Source of the DNA: an uncultured virus (IMG/VR IMGVR_UViG_3300042307_001315)
Lineage: Duplodnaviria > Heunggongvirae > Uroviricota > Caudoviricetes
Length of the DNA: 64,000 nucleotides
Strand: one strand, 5' to 3'
Virus record (IMG/VR): IMGVR_UViG_3300042307_001315
This document shows positions 1 to 10,975 of the stretch, in pieces. A program made the position numbers and the translations under genes. How positions within the stretch are numbered: the first letter of the stretch is position 1; the number at the start of each line of letters is the position of its first letter. A model generated the notes under the pieces. It saw only the letters and a list, made by a program, of their open reading frames with translations. It was not told the origin of the DNA and searched no databases.

Positions 1-910
1 ATGTTCCATCAATACCACTAGTACCTGAAGTTCCGTCTATTCCACTTGTACCTGATGTCCCGTCTGTACCACTAGTACCCGATGTTCCGTCTATTCCTGA
101 AGTTCCACTTGTTCCTGAAGTTCCATCTGTTCCCGAAGTTCCTGATGTTCCATCAATACCACTAGTACCTGAAGTTCCGTCTATTCCACTTGTACCTGAT
201 GTCCCGTCTGTACCACTAGTACCCGATGTTCCGTCTATTCCTGAAGTTCCACTTGTTCCTGAAGTTCCATCAATACCACTAGTTCCTGAAGTTCCATCTG
301 TTCCCGAAGTTCCTGATGTTCCATCAATACCGCTTGTACCTGATGTACCATCTGTCCCACTAGTACCTGAAGTTCCGTCAATGCCACTAGTTCCTGAAGT
401 ACCTGACGTTCCGTCAATACCACTAGTTCCTGAAGTACCGTCTGTTCCCGAAGTACCTGACGTTCCGTCAATACCACTTGTTCCTGAAGTTCCATCTGTT
501 CCCGAAGTTCCTGATGTTCCATCAATACCACTAGTACCTGATGTACCGTCTATTCCACTTGTACCTGATGTACCTGATGTACCTGATGTACCATCTATAC
601 CGCTTGTACCTGATGTACCATCTATACCGCTTGTACCTGATGTCCCGTCTATCCCTGAAGTTCCACTTGTTCCTGAAGTTCCATCAATACCACTAGTCCC
701 TGATGTTCCATCTGTACCACTTGTACCTGATGTACCATCTATACCGCTTGTACCTGATGTACCATCTGTCCCACTAGTACCTGAAGTTCCGTCAATACCA
801 CTAGTACCTGAAGTTCCATCTGTACCACTAGTACCTGATGTCCCATCAATTCCTGAAGTCCCTGATGTTCCATCAATACCGCTAGTACCTGAAGTTCCAC
901 TAGTTCCTCC
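1..910. repeat. 9-bp-period coding repeat (Gly-X-Y) containing an exact 127-bp duplication (1-127 = 145-271)
   Basis: Direct comparison of the sequence; units such as gtacctgaa, gttccatca and ataccacta. Confidence 0.9.
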
Positions 911-1774
911 TGTAAAATTAATTGTTACATTACCTCCGCCATCATTAATAACTGAAGCCCCTGAAAATGTCATACCTGTAACATTAGTTACTGTTACACC
1001 TGACGTGGCATCATAAACTGTAAGAGGACTACCTCCACCTGATGTGAATCCTGAAACATTTACTAAAGAACCATCACTATTATTAAGGGTTAACGTTTCA
1101 GTACCACTGTTATATGTTCCACCTGTTATAGCCCCATTAAAACCTGATATTGATATTGTACCTCCGGTACTATTGAATAAGTCTAAAGTTGTTGTCGCAG
1201 AATAATATGTACCTCCTGTTATTTGAATATCAGTAGCACTTACAATTCTCCATCTGGCATTATCTCTTGTAACTCCATTAACCCCTTCAATTGTTGAACC
1301 TGTCCAAGCACTAATAAAATTTTTACCCGCTTGTGAACGGTTATTAACTACCGTTGTATAATCTGTTTGGGTAATTGCAGAATTACCAGTTAAACCCGAT
1401 AAATTATTCCAAAGAGTTTCATAATTAGGAATAACATATTGGTAGGAAGTATTTGTTTCTTGAACCCACACTTCCATACCCAATCTTCTTCTACCTGATG
1501 ATATATTATCCGAATTTAAACTAATACTGTCCGGTGAAAATGCACTTCCCGTTCCTTTAGTAAAATTAATCGGTATCGTATTTGCAGATAACTGAATCTG
1601 CGCAGGATAAGTAGAAGCTGTTAAAATTAACTCTAAATCGTTTAATTCCCAAACCTCCATATACCCCCCAATATTCAAAACCGAGAATGTATTACCAAAC
1701 GTAACCGTCCTACCTACAGTATCGGTCCCTGAACTTTGAGTTAATGAAATCGGATTCTTATATTGAAATGCCAT
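1..1774 (-). CDS. Collagen-like (Gly-X-Y) fibre protein, 3' end runs off the window; not in ORF track
   Basis: ATG at 1774 reads MAFQYKNPISLTQ... and stays open to position 1. From about 910 downward it is continuous GTS/GID/GTD triplets. The N-terminal part has RRRLGMEVWVQE and ITGGTY repeats. Confidence 0.85.
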   Translation of the reverse strand, partial: MAFQYKNPISLTQSSGTDTVGRTVTFGNTFSVLNIGGYMEVWELNDLELILTASTYPAQIQLSANTIPINFTKGTGSAFSPDSISLNSDNISSGRRRLGMEVWVQETNTSYQYVIPNYETLWNNLSGLTGNSAITQTDYTTVVNNRSQAGKNFISAWTGSTIEGVNGVTRDNARWRIVSATDIQITGGTYYSATTTLDLFNSTGGTISISGFNGAITGGTYNSGTETLTLNNSDGSLVNVSGFTSGGGSPLTVYDATSGVTVTNVTGMTFSGASVINDGGGNVTINFTGGTSGTSGTSGIDGTSGTSGIDGTSGTSGTDGTSGTSGIDGTSGTSGTDGTSGTSGIDGTSGTSGTDGTSGTSGIDGTSGTSGTSGIDGTSGTSGIDGTSGTSGIDGTSGTSGTSGTSGIDGTSGTSGIDGTSGTSGTDGTSGTSGIDGTSGTSGTDGTSGTSGIDGTSGTSGTSGIDGTSGTSGTDGTSGTSGIDGTSGTSGTDGTSGTSGIDGTSGTSGTSGIDGTSGTSGTDGTSGTSGIDGTSGTSGIDGTSGTSGTDGTSGTSGTSGIDGTSGTSGTDGTSGTSGIDGTSGTSGIDGT

Positions 1775-1813
1775 ATTATATTATATTATATTATTGTTTT
1801 ATATTATTGAATA

Positions 1814-3397
1814 TTATGTTTTTGTATCACCTTTAAAATATATTGTTGCTCCTAATGGAAGTGTTGCCGGTACTACAAAATTCCAAAGAACTCTATATGT
1901 CCCTGCAGGTAATATTGACCCTATCGGAACATCCACATCGATTGCAGCATTACCTAAATCCGGAATACCATCTGAGAATATATTACTAGTACAAGGACTT
2001 GATGACCCAACATCGACCGTCATATTAGTTAATGTATTTCCAACCCCTGCGAGTGGAATCCAAATACTGTAATCATATTGTACATTAGGATTAACATTAC
2101 TTGTTGTAACCTCAATAGTTCCAAACGTATATTGATTTTGAGAACATCCAAACGTATCGGTACCTGAACCCGAACTCTGTCTAATATTTCCTGTTAAATT
2201 AGTTACACTAGTAATAAAATTACCCGAACTTCCGGTCCATCCCGGATATTCAATGTAAGTCAACATATTTGACTCGTAATTACTACTTCCCGGTATACCT
2301 CCACTATTTAAGAATCCATACCAATCAGCACCATTGTCAAACATAAATTGACCTAAACTATCTTGAGACGTTGAATCTAATGCCTCAGGGAATAGATACG
2401 CCTTAAATAAACTAGTTGTTTGTGACGGTGTTTGAGTCAGTGTCGGAGTATTTGTTGGAGTCTGAGTAGGAGTTTCCGTATTAGTTGGAGTTTGAGTTTG
2501 AGTTGGTGTTTGAGTCGGAGTTTCAGTAGTTGTTGGAGTTGGAGTGTTTGTAGGAGTTTCCGTATTAGTTGGTGTTGGCGTATTTGTAGGCGTCTCGGTA
2601 TTAGTAGGCGTCTGAGTCGGAGTTTCCGTATTAGTTGGTGTTGGCGTATTTGTAGGAGTTTCCGTAGTTGTTGGAGTTGGAGTGTTTGTAGGTGTTTCTG
2701 TATTAGTTGGTGTTGGCGTGTTTGTAGGCGTCTCTGTATTAGTTTGAGTTGGGGTCTGAGTTGGTGTTTCTGTATTAGTAGGTGTGTTTGTATTAGTTGG
2801 AGTCGGAGTTTGTGTTGAAGTTTCTGTATTAGTTGGTGTTGGCGTGTTTGTAGGCGTCTCTGTATTAGTAGGCGTGTTTGTAGGCGTCTCTGTATTAGTT
2901 GGAGTCGGAGTTTGAGTTGGAGTCTCTGTATTAGTTGGAGTTGGTGTTTGAGTAGGTGTTTCTGTATTAGTTGGCGTTTGAGTTGGAGTTTCCGTATTTG
3001 TTGGTGTTTGAGTAGGTGTTTCTGTATTTGTAGGCGTTTGAGTAGGAGTGGTAGTATTAGTTGGAGTATTTGTCGGTGTTTGAGTTGTTGTTGCCGTCGG
3101 TGTCGGAGTAACCGCAGCAGCATTAGTAGGCGTATTTGTTGGAGTTTGTGTTGGACTTGGAGTATTAGTTGGAGTACCACATTGAATTGTAATAATAACA
3201 CCGTCTAATAATTCATTACGGGTAACATCAGAGTAATATATTATATCGTCTAAATATACATTAAATGGTCCTATTGAATTTGAGTTTGGTGTTAACTTAA
3301 CAATATACTGAGAACATCCAACAACCGATAATTGTTGTTCGATTTCAGCGGTACACCCAGGTGCATTATTGGTAACAAGAATAGAATATATTGACAT
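1814..3397 (-). CDS. Thr/Pro-rich ([10 protein letters not shown]) stalk protein with globular N- and C-terminal domains, probably virion-associated
   Basis: 527-aa ORF with about 250 aa of TP repeats, in the tail/baseplate block, with a TATTTAT motif upstream. Confidence 0.75.
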   Translation of the reverse strand: MSIYSILVTNNAPGCTAEIEQQLSVVGCSQYIVKLTPNSNSIGPFNVYLDDIIYYSDVTRNELLDGVIITIQCGTPTNTPSPTQTPTNTPTNAAAVTPTPTATTTQTPTNTPTNTTTPTQTPTNTETPTQTPTNTETPTQTPTNTETPTQTPTPTNTETPTQTPTPTNTETPTNTPTNTETPTNTPTPTNTETSTQTPTPTNTNTPTNTETPTQTPTQTNTETPTNTPTPTNTETPTNTPTPTTTETPTNTPTPTNTETPTQTPTNTETPTNTPTPTNTETPTNTPTPTTTETPTQTPTQTQTPTNTETPTQTPTNTPTLTQTPSQTTSLFKAYLFPEALDSTSQDSLGQFMFDNGADWYGFLNSGGIPGSSNYESNMLTYIEYPGWTGSSGNFITSVTNLTGNIRQSSGSGTDTFGCSQNQYTFGTIEVTTSNVNPNVQYDYSIWIPLAGVGNTLTNMTVDVGSSSPCTSNIFSDGIPDLGNAAIDVDVPIGSILPAGTYRVLWNFVVPATLPLGATIYFKGDTKT

Positions 3398-3485
3398 TCG
3401 ATGTTTTTATTAAATAAATACCACAACAATTCTATTTCAGTTACAATTAAAGTAAAAATGAAAATTTTATTATTAAGTATTGTAA

Positions 3486-3791
3486 TTATTGCTCTGTAAT
3501 GGTAATATTAACAATACATGACACCAAGTTAATAGTGATTTCAAACGCACAACCAAAAGTACAATCAAGTATTTTAAAAATCTCACAATCGTTATCATCC
3601 ACTAACAATAACATAATTTCAGGAGCGGTATTAAATATTGTTGGTATTACAGTATTATAGTTAACTGTTGGAGGTACAGGACCTGTTCCAATAACTCCTA
3701 ATAAACTACGATTATTACCATATACATCAGCTATGTATACACTAATTGGGTAAGTCCCCCCCGATATTTCATCAATTCTAATTTGTGTCAT
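3486..3791 (-). CDS. Small hypothetical structural protein (101 aa)
   Basis: ORF track starts at 3803; ATG at 3791 is preferred because it forms a TAATG overlap with the upstream stop. Confidence 0.65.
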   Translation of the reverse strand: MTQIRIDEISGGTYPISVYIADVYGNNRSLLGVIGTGPVPPTVNYNTVIPTIFNTAPEIMLLLVDDNDCEIFKILDCTFGCAFEITINLVSCIVNITITEQ

Positions 3792-5923
3792 TATGTTAAG
3801 CAAATTATATCATATTCTATTATCAAATCAATAACAATTTCTTGACCTATTAATGTGTCATTACCTCTTGCCGTTTCAATCGTTATTATATTATTTGAAG
3901 GATTAACAACAACACTACCAATACCCGGAATACTTAATAATAACTGAGTTATTGTATCATAATATAAGTTATCATCAGGAACATTACCTAATGATGTAGA
4001 TGTATAAAATGTCTCACTCGTCGTTAAATCTAATGGAGTTACCGAAACTTTAGCAGTAAACGTGGCACTAACTAAATCACAACCTGTATTATCAATAGTT
4101 AAATCATAAAACCCTTCATTTAACATTTGTAATATTCCAAATTTAGTTGGCGATTCAATGTTAAACACCTCAGCTCCCATAACATATGTTTGATAAGACG
4201 TTAAACTAACATTACAACTAATAGTTGTTGTACGAGCTAATGAACATCCATCATTTCCAACAACAGTTAAACTGTATGTACCTCCGGTTAATCCTGATAC
4301 TTGGATTTGTTGTGGGTTATTTGGAACATTATCAGACCAATAAAAACTGAATGGTGTTACTCCTTGATTAATAAATGCAGTAATTTTACCCGAATTACCG
4401 GTACCACAAGATGTACTATACAAAGAAAAATCTAATGGACTACTTCCAAGAATTAAAATGTTTGCGGTTTGGATACAGTCATCCGCATCCGACACACTAA
4501 CAACGTGATTACCCGCAGTTAAATTATTAAAAGTCACTGAAGTTAATGTAGTGTCAATAATATCATACACACCATTATCAATTGAATAATCTAACGGTAA
4601 TGTAGAACCCGGAGTGGTGAAGATAGTAACAGCACCGTTTGTCCCTCCACAAGTAGTCCCCGATACCTGAGTAGAAATTGTATATTTGTTTTCGGCAATA
4701 ATTGTAACCTCTTCAAGGTAGGCACATCCTGAACTATCAGCGACAGCAACACTATATGTACCTGAAGACAAATTAGAAAATAATTGAGCGGTTTGAGTAC
4801 CACTTATACTTGAGGTTGACCCACCCGGAGAAACTAATGTATAAGTATACGGTGTTACACCACCAACAACTGAAATTAATATCTCACCATTAACACTAGA
4901 ACAAGTTGAATTTGTTGTATTAACACTAACAGAAGATATTGAATTTACCGAAGTAATTGAAGTAGTAACATTTAATTGACATAGTCCAGCATCTGTAACT
5001 GAAAATCCATACTCACCTGACGATAAACCTGAAATTGTATATGTTTGAGAATAAGATATTAAAACATCCCCGGTAGACGCAGAATAATAATAAGGTGCAG
5101 TTCCACCTGTGACAGTTAAACTTATTGTTCCGTCCGCGTCAAAACAATTTGGTGGTGTTGAAGTAAAAGTCCCAAAACCTAATTGACTAACATTAACTAC
5201 GGTCGCACTCTTACTTAATTGACAACCATATCCATCAGTAACAGTTACAGAATATCCACCGGCAGTTAAACCCGTTATTGTATTCCCACTTGCGCCAGTA
5301 TCCCATAAATAAGTAAATGGTGGTTGACCTGTAAGACCTGTAATAGTAATTTTACCTATTGGAGTACCTCCACAAGCAGAATTTGGAACCATGTATAACC
5401 CATAGTTTAATGGTTCTGACTCTTCGACTATAAAATTTTGGCTTCTACCCGTACAACCTCCAAGGTCCAATACAGTCATGTAATATGTTCCGGCAGTTAA
5501 ACTACCAAAAACCACATTATCTTGATTTGTTGTGGCAGATTGACTAAAAACCCCATCACCGTGATAAAGATAATAATTAGTTGATGAATATTGTGTTGTT
5601 GAAGTTCCTGTAACCGAACCGTTATCTAACGAACAAGTTGTGTTACCAACATTTAAAATACTAGAACAAACACCACTTGAAACCGGAATATTAATAAATT
5701 CTACTTGGTTTGTAGGTAATGTACTATCATTAACCCTAATACTATAAGTCCCACTTACTAAATTTGTTTTAGTTACTGATGATATATTATAATCAGTTGA
5801 TAATTCAGGTGTAATCCACTGTACTGTATATGGGTCAGAACCACCAGATATGATAAGGTTAATTATCCCAGCTGAGGTATTATTACAATCTCCTGTTACA
5901 TTTATGTTATAATTAAATGCCAT
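3791..5923 (-). CDS. SprB-repeat protein (about 7 beta-rich repeats), putative adhesin or receptor-binding appendage
   Basis: Repeated C...G.I.l...GG..PY.Y.W and L.aG.Y.v.V.D..GC motifs, e.g. GTISLTVTGGTAPYYYS and LTAGGYSVTVTDGYGC. Confidence 0.8.
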   Translation of the reverse strand: MAFNYNINVTGDCNNTSAGIINLIISGGSDPYTVQWITPELSTDYNISSVTKTNLVSGTYSIRVNDSTLPTNQVEFINIPVSSGVCSSILNVGNTTCSLDNGSVTGTSTTQYSSTNYYLYHGDGVFSQSATTNQDNVVFGSLTAGTYYMTVLDLGGCTGRSQNFIVEESEPLNYGLYMVPNSACGGTPIGKITITGLTGQPPFTYLWDTGASGNTITGLTAGGYSVTVTDGYGCQLSKSATVVNVSQLGFGTFTSTPPNCFDADGTISLTVTGGTAPYYYSASTGDVLISYSQTYTISGLSSGEYGFSVTDAGLCQLNVTTSITSVNSISSVSVNTTNSTCSSVNGEILISVVGGVTPYTYTLVSPGGSTSSISGTQTAQLFSNLSSGTYSVAVADSSGCAYLEEVTIIAENKYTISTQVSGTTCGGTNGAVTIFTTPGSTLPLDYSIDNGVYDIIDTTLTSVTFNNLTAGNHVVSVSDADDCIQTANILILGSSPLDFSLYSTSCGTGNSGKITAFINQGVTPFSFYWSDNVPNNPQQIQVSGLTGGTYSLTVVGNDGCSLARTTTISCNVSLTSYQTYVMGAEVFNIESPTKFGILQMLNEGFYDLTIDNTGCDLVSATFTAKVSVTPLDLTTSETFYTSTSLGNVPDDNLYYDTITQLLLSIPGIGSVVVNPSNNIITIETARGNDTLIGQEIVIDLIIEYDIICLT

Positions 5924-8900
5924 TAGTTACTATTACAATTTATATTTATTTGTATCCCTGCATATAAGGTAAGGGTTTCATTTATGTTTCTTTCAGTACA
6001 AGTTAAACTTGTCACTATTAAATCATTCCCTCTTATTTCACCTTGAAACCCATAGTCATATAACAATGGTAGATACTCATATACAGAATTTTTCCACATC
6101 TCATTTGTTGGAACATCCGTATATCCATAACCAACATAATTTGTGCCATCCGGATTCAAAACCGGTTCTTTAATTAATACCTCATTTTCAATTCTTAAAT
6201 CAACGTACCACTCGGTTTGAACTGAATTTTGAATACAATCATTTAATGTATATCCACTTTGGGATAACATATTATTAATCCTATTCGCCAAAATACTGTT
6301 AAAGTTCCCAACATCAGGGTCTCCATTTAACCAAGGAAATAACTTATAATTAGTTCGCTCAGTAGTACAAGTGTAATCAAATATGTTTGAAATAATAAAA
6401 CATGGTGTGACAGGTACAGGAACAAATTGGCAGCCTCTTTGTCTTCTATAAACAAATTTTTGTTTATGTAAGATTGAGTTTTCCATCTTAACCCCTGAAT
6501 TCCAAATTGTTGTTGCCGGCACCATTTGTTCTGCCAACTTCATCCAATAAGGACCAATACCATTAACATAATCAATTAACTTTTGATATGTATATTTGTT
6601 ATTAGGTAAACCAACAGTTTGTTCGGATTCAATATATTTCCACCAAATTGATTGGAGTACCGGATATCCCCCTGTTTTACCATCACTGATGTATTGTCTA
6701 TTCCTAACATTAATCATATTCTCCCAAAATGTTTGCGAGAATTCAAAGAATGTTTTCTTTTTAGGCTCAGGATTAATATAAGTCCAATCCACTCCACCCG
6801 GAACCGGATAACCAACGGTTAAACCTGATTCAGGAAATGGGTAATCATACTCTACCGATTCTTTCCAAACATCATATAACAATCCTTGTGATGGATTTAA
6901 AAATAAGTCGACATTCTTAACATTCAATACTAATCTTTCATCGTCAACAAAATAATAAGCATTATAATCAGCACTTGTTGAAACTCTTATTTTAGTATCC
7001 TCCTCTAACCATGACTTATTGTTATCAACTACTTTTTGTAATTTAAACCCTTCAGTCATATAAGGGAAATCCCTGAAACGGTCTAAATATGGTTGACCAT
7101 AAGTAAACGGTTGTAATTGAGTTTGAATATTATAGTTTTGTCCGGTATAAACCGCACCTGTAATAACAACCTTATCAGGACTTCTGTGTTGTGGTGTTGA
7201 TTCATACCATCCGGAACCAACTTGGAAGAAATAACTTTCAGTATTTACCGGTGCTTTTGGATATCCAAAGACATCAATAGGGTATTCTGATAAACGAATT
7301 GAAACGTCTTCGTAAGTCGCACTTGATGTATATCCCGAATAAACTCCACCTTTAATTCTATAGGTATCACCAGGCAAATATGAAGGAACTTTATTAACAT
7401 AAGTACCTCCTGATATCGAAGCCCATTGAACATAGAATTGGTCTAAATTAATTTTTTGGTCAGCCAAATAGATATGCTCATTAAACTCAATTAAAGAATC
7501 CGGAGCACCAATTAATCTTAACATAAACTCAACTGACCTTCTCGTACCTTTTGATTTAAAAAGGTAAGCAGCATTCAGAATTAAATTACGGTAAAAAGCG
7601 TAATTTATCTCAGTTGGAGTAAGGGCTCTTGCATAACCAGGGTAGGTTGGAGTTGCAGTATTACCAAACACAGAACTTAAAAAATCCTCATCTGTAATTG
7701 GTGAAAAATTAGATGTCCACCCTAAGGTTTGTGCCAAGTTTACCAATAATTGAGATGGTATGTCGTTTGACGGATTGTAGTTAACCGAATTCATATATGC
7801 CAATGCATCAATGAACTGTTTTATTTGGTCAAAACTTCTTCCGTAAATTTGAAATATTTTTTCAACCTTTTGACCTAAGGTATCAAATTCTTTTAACGAA
7901 TCTGTAACTAAAAATCTTGAGATTAAATTTGTTTTAAACGAATCTAAATTAACAGCAATTTCATCTAATTGGGTTAAGTAATCATCAAACAAAAATGAAC
8001 GAATGTCTAAATTCCACACTCCATCTTTAGGCCAAGTTACTTGTTGATAATTCGTATAGAACTCACCATTTTCAGTTTGGGCAGGAACTTGGAAAACCGC
8101 AGTATATTCCGGTCTTATTAATCTATTCAATAAGAATTTTTCAACCTCATCAAAACTTTCAGCAAAAATTCTATCAACAACTAAGTCATTAGGTCTAATT
8201 TGAAAATCCTCATTTATCGTACTTGCAGTAGTACCAAATGGTGCCCCTGAAACATAAAATGAAATGTATCCTGTACTTAATGTTGGTGATGGTTGGAATG
8301 ATACAATCTTAAAGATGTCATCATTAATACTAACACAATAATCTAAATAAGTGTTATACAAATTTCGATAAGGTGATGTAGTTATTTCCCTTAAGTTTAA
8401 GTTAGTAGCCGCACTAACTGAGTAATCAATATCAAAAGGATTATTAATCCTATCGACATTCACTTCAAAATATGTTTCATCATTAACCGAATCGTAAGAA
8501 ATGTTAACCGCGGTTGCTCCGGTAACAAACTCTAAGTTATTAAATATAACATCTAATGAAGCAGGAAAATAATGAATTACTTTAGTCGCCGATACTTGAA
8601 ATCTCTTACGTAATGAACCATACATTGAGAAATTAAGAACTTGAGAAACATCATAATTAGGATAAACCCTAAATTGAGTCGCAATAATTCTTCTACTTTC
8701 AGCAACATCCTCAATGTTTAATGATTGTAAACTTAACGGTTCAGAAAATGCCCCTACATTAAAGTTTCTACTAACTTTTTCAGTAACCGATGTAGTAAAC
8801 TCAAAATTACCTTGCGTTAAACCTCCTCCCTCAACAGTCTGTAAACCTACAATGTTGTCGGAGAAAGTCGCAGCCCCACTTCCGGGTCTCGGCGGATAGA

Positions 8901-8931
8901 AATATTTTGTCGTATTCGTAGTTACTGCCAT
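5923..8931 (-). CDS. Baseplate wedge-like protein (P2 gpI / T4 gp7-like segment)
   Basis: 1002 aa; LVNLAQTLGW...YLFKSKGTRRSVEFMLRLIG resembles the KGT motif of this family; baseplate context. Confidence 0.6.
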   Translation of the reverse strand: MAVTTNTTKYFYPPRPGSGAATFSDNIVGLQTVEGGGLTQGNFEFTTSVTEKVSRNFNVGAFSEPLSLQSLNIEDVAESRRIIATQFRVYPNYDVSQVLNFSMYGSLRKRFQVSATKVIHYFPASLDVIFNNLEFVTGATAVNISYDSVNDETYFEVNVDRINNPFDIDYSVSAATNLNLREITTSPYRNLYNTYLDYCVSINDDIFKIVSFQPSPTLSTGYISFYVSGAPFGTTASTINEDFQIRPNDLVVDRIFAESFDEVEKFLLNRLIRPEYTAVFQVPAQTENGEFYTNYQQVTWPKDGVWNLDIRSFLFDDYLTQLDEIAVNLDSFKTNLISRFLVTDSLKEFDTLGQKVEKIFQIYGRSFDQIKQFIDALAYMNSVNYNPSNDIPSQLLVNLAQTLGWTSNFSPITDEDFLSSVFGNTATPTYPGYARALTPTEINYAFYRNLILNAAYLFKSKGTRRSVEFMLRLIGAPDSLIEFNEHIYLADQKINLDQFYVQWASISGGTYVNKVPSYLPGDTYRIKGGVYSGYTSSATYEDVSIRLSEYPIDVFGYPKAPVNTESYFFQVGSGWYESTPQHRSPDKVVITGAVYTGQNYNIQTQLQPFTYGQPYLDRFRDFPYMTEGFKLQKVVDNNKSWLEEDTKIRVSTSADYNAYYFVDDERLVLNVKNVDLFLNPSQGLLYDVWKESVEYDYPFPESGLTVGYPVPGGVDWTYINPEPKKKTFFEFSQTFWENMINVRNRQYISDGKTGGYPVLQSIWWKYIESEQTVGLPNNKYTYQKLIDYVNGIGPYWMKLAEQMVPATTIWNSGVKMENSILHKQKFVYRRQRGCQFVPVPVTPCFIISNIFDYTCTTERTNYKLFPWLNGDPDVGNFNSILANRINNMLSQSGYTLNDCIQNSVQTEWYVDLRIENEVLIKEPVLNPDGTNYVGYGYTDVPTNEMWKNSVYEYLPLLYDYGFQGEIRGNDLIVTSLTCTERNINETLTLYAGIQININCNSN

Positions 8932-9839
8932 TAAGTTGTTATATTTGTGAAGTTTTTACTAAAATCAATATTATTACCTCTATTCTGTCTAACTTCATAT
9001 AACAACGCATTAAATTGGTCTCTAACCTCGTATAAGTTGTATTGTCTGTAAATGTTATTAGCAGAGTCGTAGATTGTGTAGATACCATCATCAATTGATT
9101 TGGTTTGATTACCATAAAGAGCAATTGCAAGAGATGATATGTCGTATTCAACCATTTCTATTTCCAATGTAATTGGATTAAAAAATGTATTTGAAATTAT
9201 AATATCTTGGCTAGGTTGACCAATAAACGGTGTTGCGTTTGGTTTGTTTGTTGGTGAAGATGACGGTGATAAAGTCAAGAAAAGTAAATTTGATGAACCG
9301 TCAACATATCTATATCTAATCGCCTTTTGTTGAGTATTAACTTCGTTTGTTACAACAGGTTCACAATAGAAACTTGAAGTAACTACTCTAAAGAAATTTG
9401 GAATTTTTGACCCGTCCGGATTTAAGTATTCGATTCTAAAACCAACTAACCCTTGAGGAACAAATTTATTTTGATATTGTGTTGGTACATTTGCCAAATC
9501 AATTACCAACCCTTTAACATTTGGAAGAGCACTTAAAACTCCACAATCAGTAATTACAGTTCTAATTTGAGCAGGTCTTAAATAAAGGGTATAAAATCCT
9601 AAAGCATTAAACTGACTTGCAGGTAATGTTAAATTATACAACCCACCTAAAACCTCAACACCGGCATTACCACCTGTTTCCGAATTCTCAAAATAAGGTC
9701 GTAAAATAGTTTGAGCATCTAATTTTGTTAGGACAAAGGCATCCGTAACGTCCCTACTTGGGGTGTAATTCATTATGATTTCAACATCCGCTGGTGAAAC
9801 ATCTGACGGTCTTATAGTACCATAGCTTCCAATTGCCAT
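8931..9839 (-). CDS. Hypothetical virion (baseplate) protein
   Basis: 302-aa ORF, TAATG-coupled to the downstream gene, with a TATTTAT motif upstream. Confidence 0.6.
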   Translation of the reverse strand: MAIGSYGTIRPSDVSPADVEIIMNYTPSRDVTDAFVLTKLDAQTILRPYFENSETGGNAGVEVLGGLYNLTLPASQFNALGFYTLYLRPAQIRTVITDCGVLSALPNVKGLVIDLANVPTQYQNKFVPQGLVGFRIEYLNPDGSKIPNFFRVVTSSFYCEPVVTNEVNTQQKAIRYRYVDGSSNLLFLTLSPSSSPTNKPNATPFIGQPSQDIIISNTFFNPITLEIEMVEYDISSLAIALYGNQTKSIDDGIYTIYDSANNIYRQYNLYEVRDQFNALLYEVRQNRGNNIDFSKNFTNITT

Positions 9840-9883
9840 ATCTTCTTATTTAATTTATAAATAGTTTAGTTCTTTTTTTCATT

Positions 9884-10975
9884 TTAGTTTTCTTTGTTAA
9901 TCACATTAAAAAAACCATATCCGTAATTAATCATATCCCCCAAGTTATCTACCTCCCCAAGTCTTTGTATTCTTTCGTAAGCACTATTCTTACCTCTTTC
10001 AACAAAAACGTTAGTTTGAACTTGAGCTTGGTCAATTACTTTTAATAATACCTCATCTTTTGTTATTGGAACCGCAGTTAAATTATTGTCAGTTAATCCT
10101 GACGATTGTTCAAAATAAATGGTGGTCCCATCAATATAATCATAGTAATTAACTGTATTAACTGTATAGGCGGTGTAAATTGAAGTGACATCTGTAATTG
10201 CCCCCCATATTTGACCGTTACTAATAACCGGAAGTCCAATTCTATCATTAATACTTAATGTTCCATACGTCTTTAATTCATTAATTCTCGATTTTGTAAT
10301 ACCTGAAATTGTGAATGGTATTGAGACGTAATTATTTGATGTTTGAGCACTAACCTCATTTATCGCATCTCCCGAAAATATGTAATTATACGATACAGAA
10401 GTACCAATCCAATTACCTGATGACGGAGCAAAAAATGCCTCTCCCTCAGGATTATAGATAACAACATCACTAAAAGGAACCGTAATTGTTTTTGAAACTG
10501 TTGTAATTCCCCATGGATTTGTTTGTTCTAATTTAATCGTATATTGTTTAGGTAACTGAGGATATGTATGATTAATTGAATTAGGTGCGTAAGTTGTTAT
10601 TGTTTGTTTTGGTGAACCATCACCCCAATCAATAATATAAGCAGATAACTCTAAAAATTTTTGGAACTCGTCAGAAGTGTTATAAACATTAAAAACATAA
10701 GGACTTGACGTTGTTGATGAAAATATAAAATTAGCAACTACATTTTTTTGTAATACCGCACCATCAAATGGACTATAATATCCCGCATCAACCGCACTTT
10801 GTCTTATCAAAATAGGAATTGTCAATCCTGTTAGTAATGAACTACCGTTAACTCCTGAACTAACAACTTGTGTCATTGCAGAATAAACCCCAACCGGAGT
10901 CCCATCATAATCAACAACTGATAAGTCACGAAGAATTGTTTCGGGTGATATTTTAATATTATAAAAATCTTCCAT
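9884..10975 (-). CDS. PKD-like domain structural protein
   Basis: IDWGDGS...INHTY...YTIKLEQTNPWG matches the PKD/Ig-like signature. Confidence 0.6.
   Translation of the reverse strand: MEDFYNIKISPETILRDLSVVDYDGTPVGVYSAMTQVVSSGVNGSSLLTGLTIPILIRQSAVDAGYYSPFDGAVLQKNVVANFIFSSTTSSPYVFNVYNTSDEFQKFLELSAYIIDWGDGSPKQTITTYAPNSINHTYPQLPKQYTIKLEQTNPWGITTVSKTITVPFSDVVIYNPEGEAFFAPSSGNWIGTSVSYNYIFSGDAINEVSAQTSNNYVSIPFTISGITKSRINELKTYGTLSINDRIGLPVISNGQIWGAITDVTSIYTAYTVNTVNYYDYIDGTTIYFEQSSGLTDNNLTAVPITKDEVLLKVIDQAQVQTNVFVERGKNSAYERIQRLGEVDNLGDMINYGYGFFNVINKEN

Noticed and set aside
235..1016. ORFs 235..531 (-) and 381..1016 (+), with PEVP/PDVP repeats
   Set aside because: Alternate-frame and antisense shadows of the Gly-X-Y repeat; the real gene is 1..1774 (-).
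1..3200. Possible CRISPR array
   Set aside because: The repeats are in-frame coding units with synonymous variation and no unique spacers; no cas genes are present.
2432..3208. Leu/Gln-rich and Cys/Trp/Arg-rich ORFs
   Set aside because: Shadows of the Thr-Pro repeat gene.
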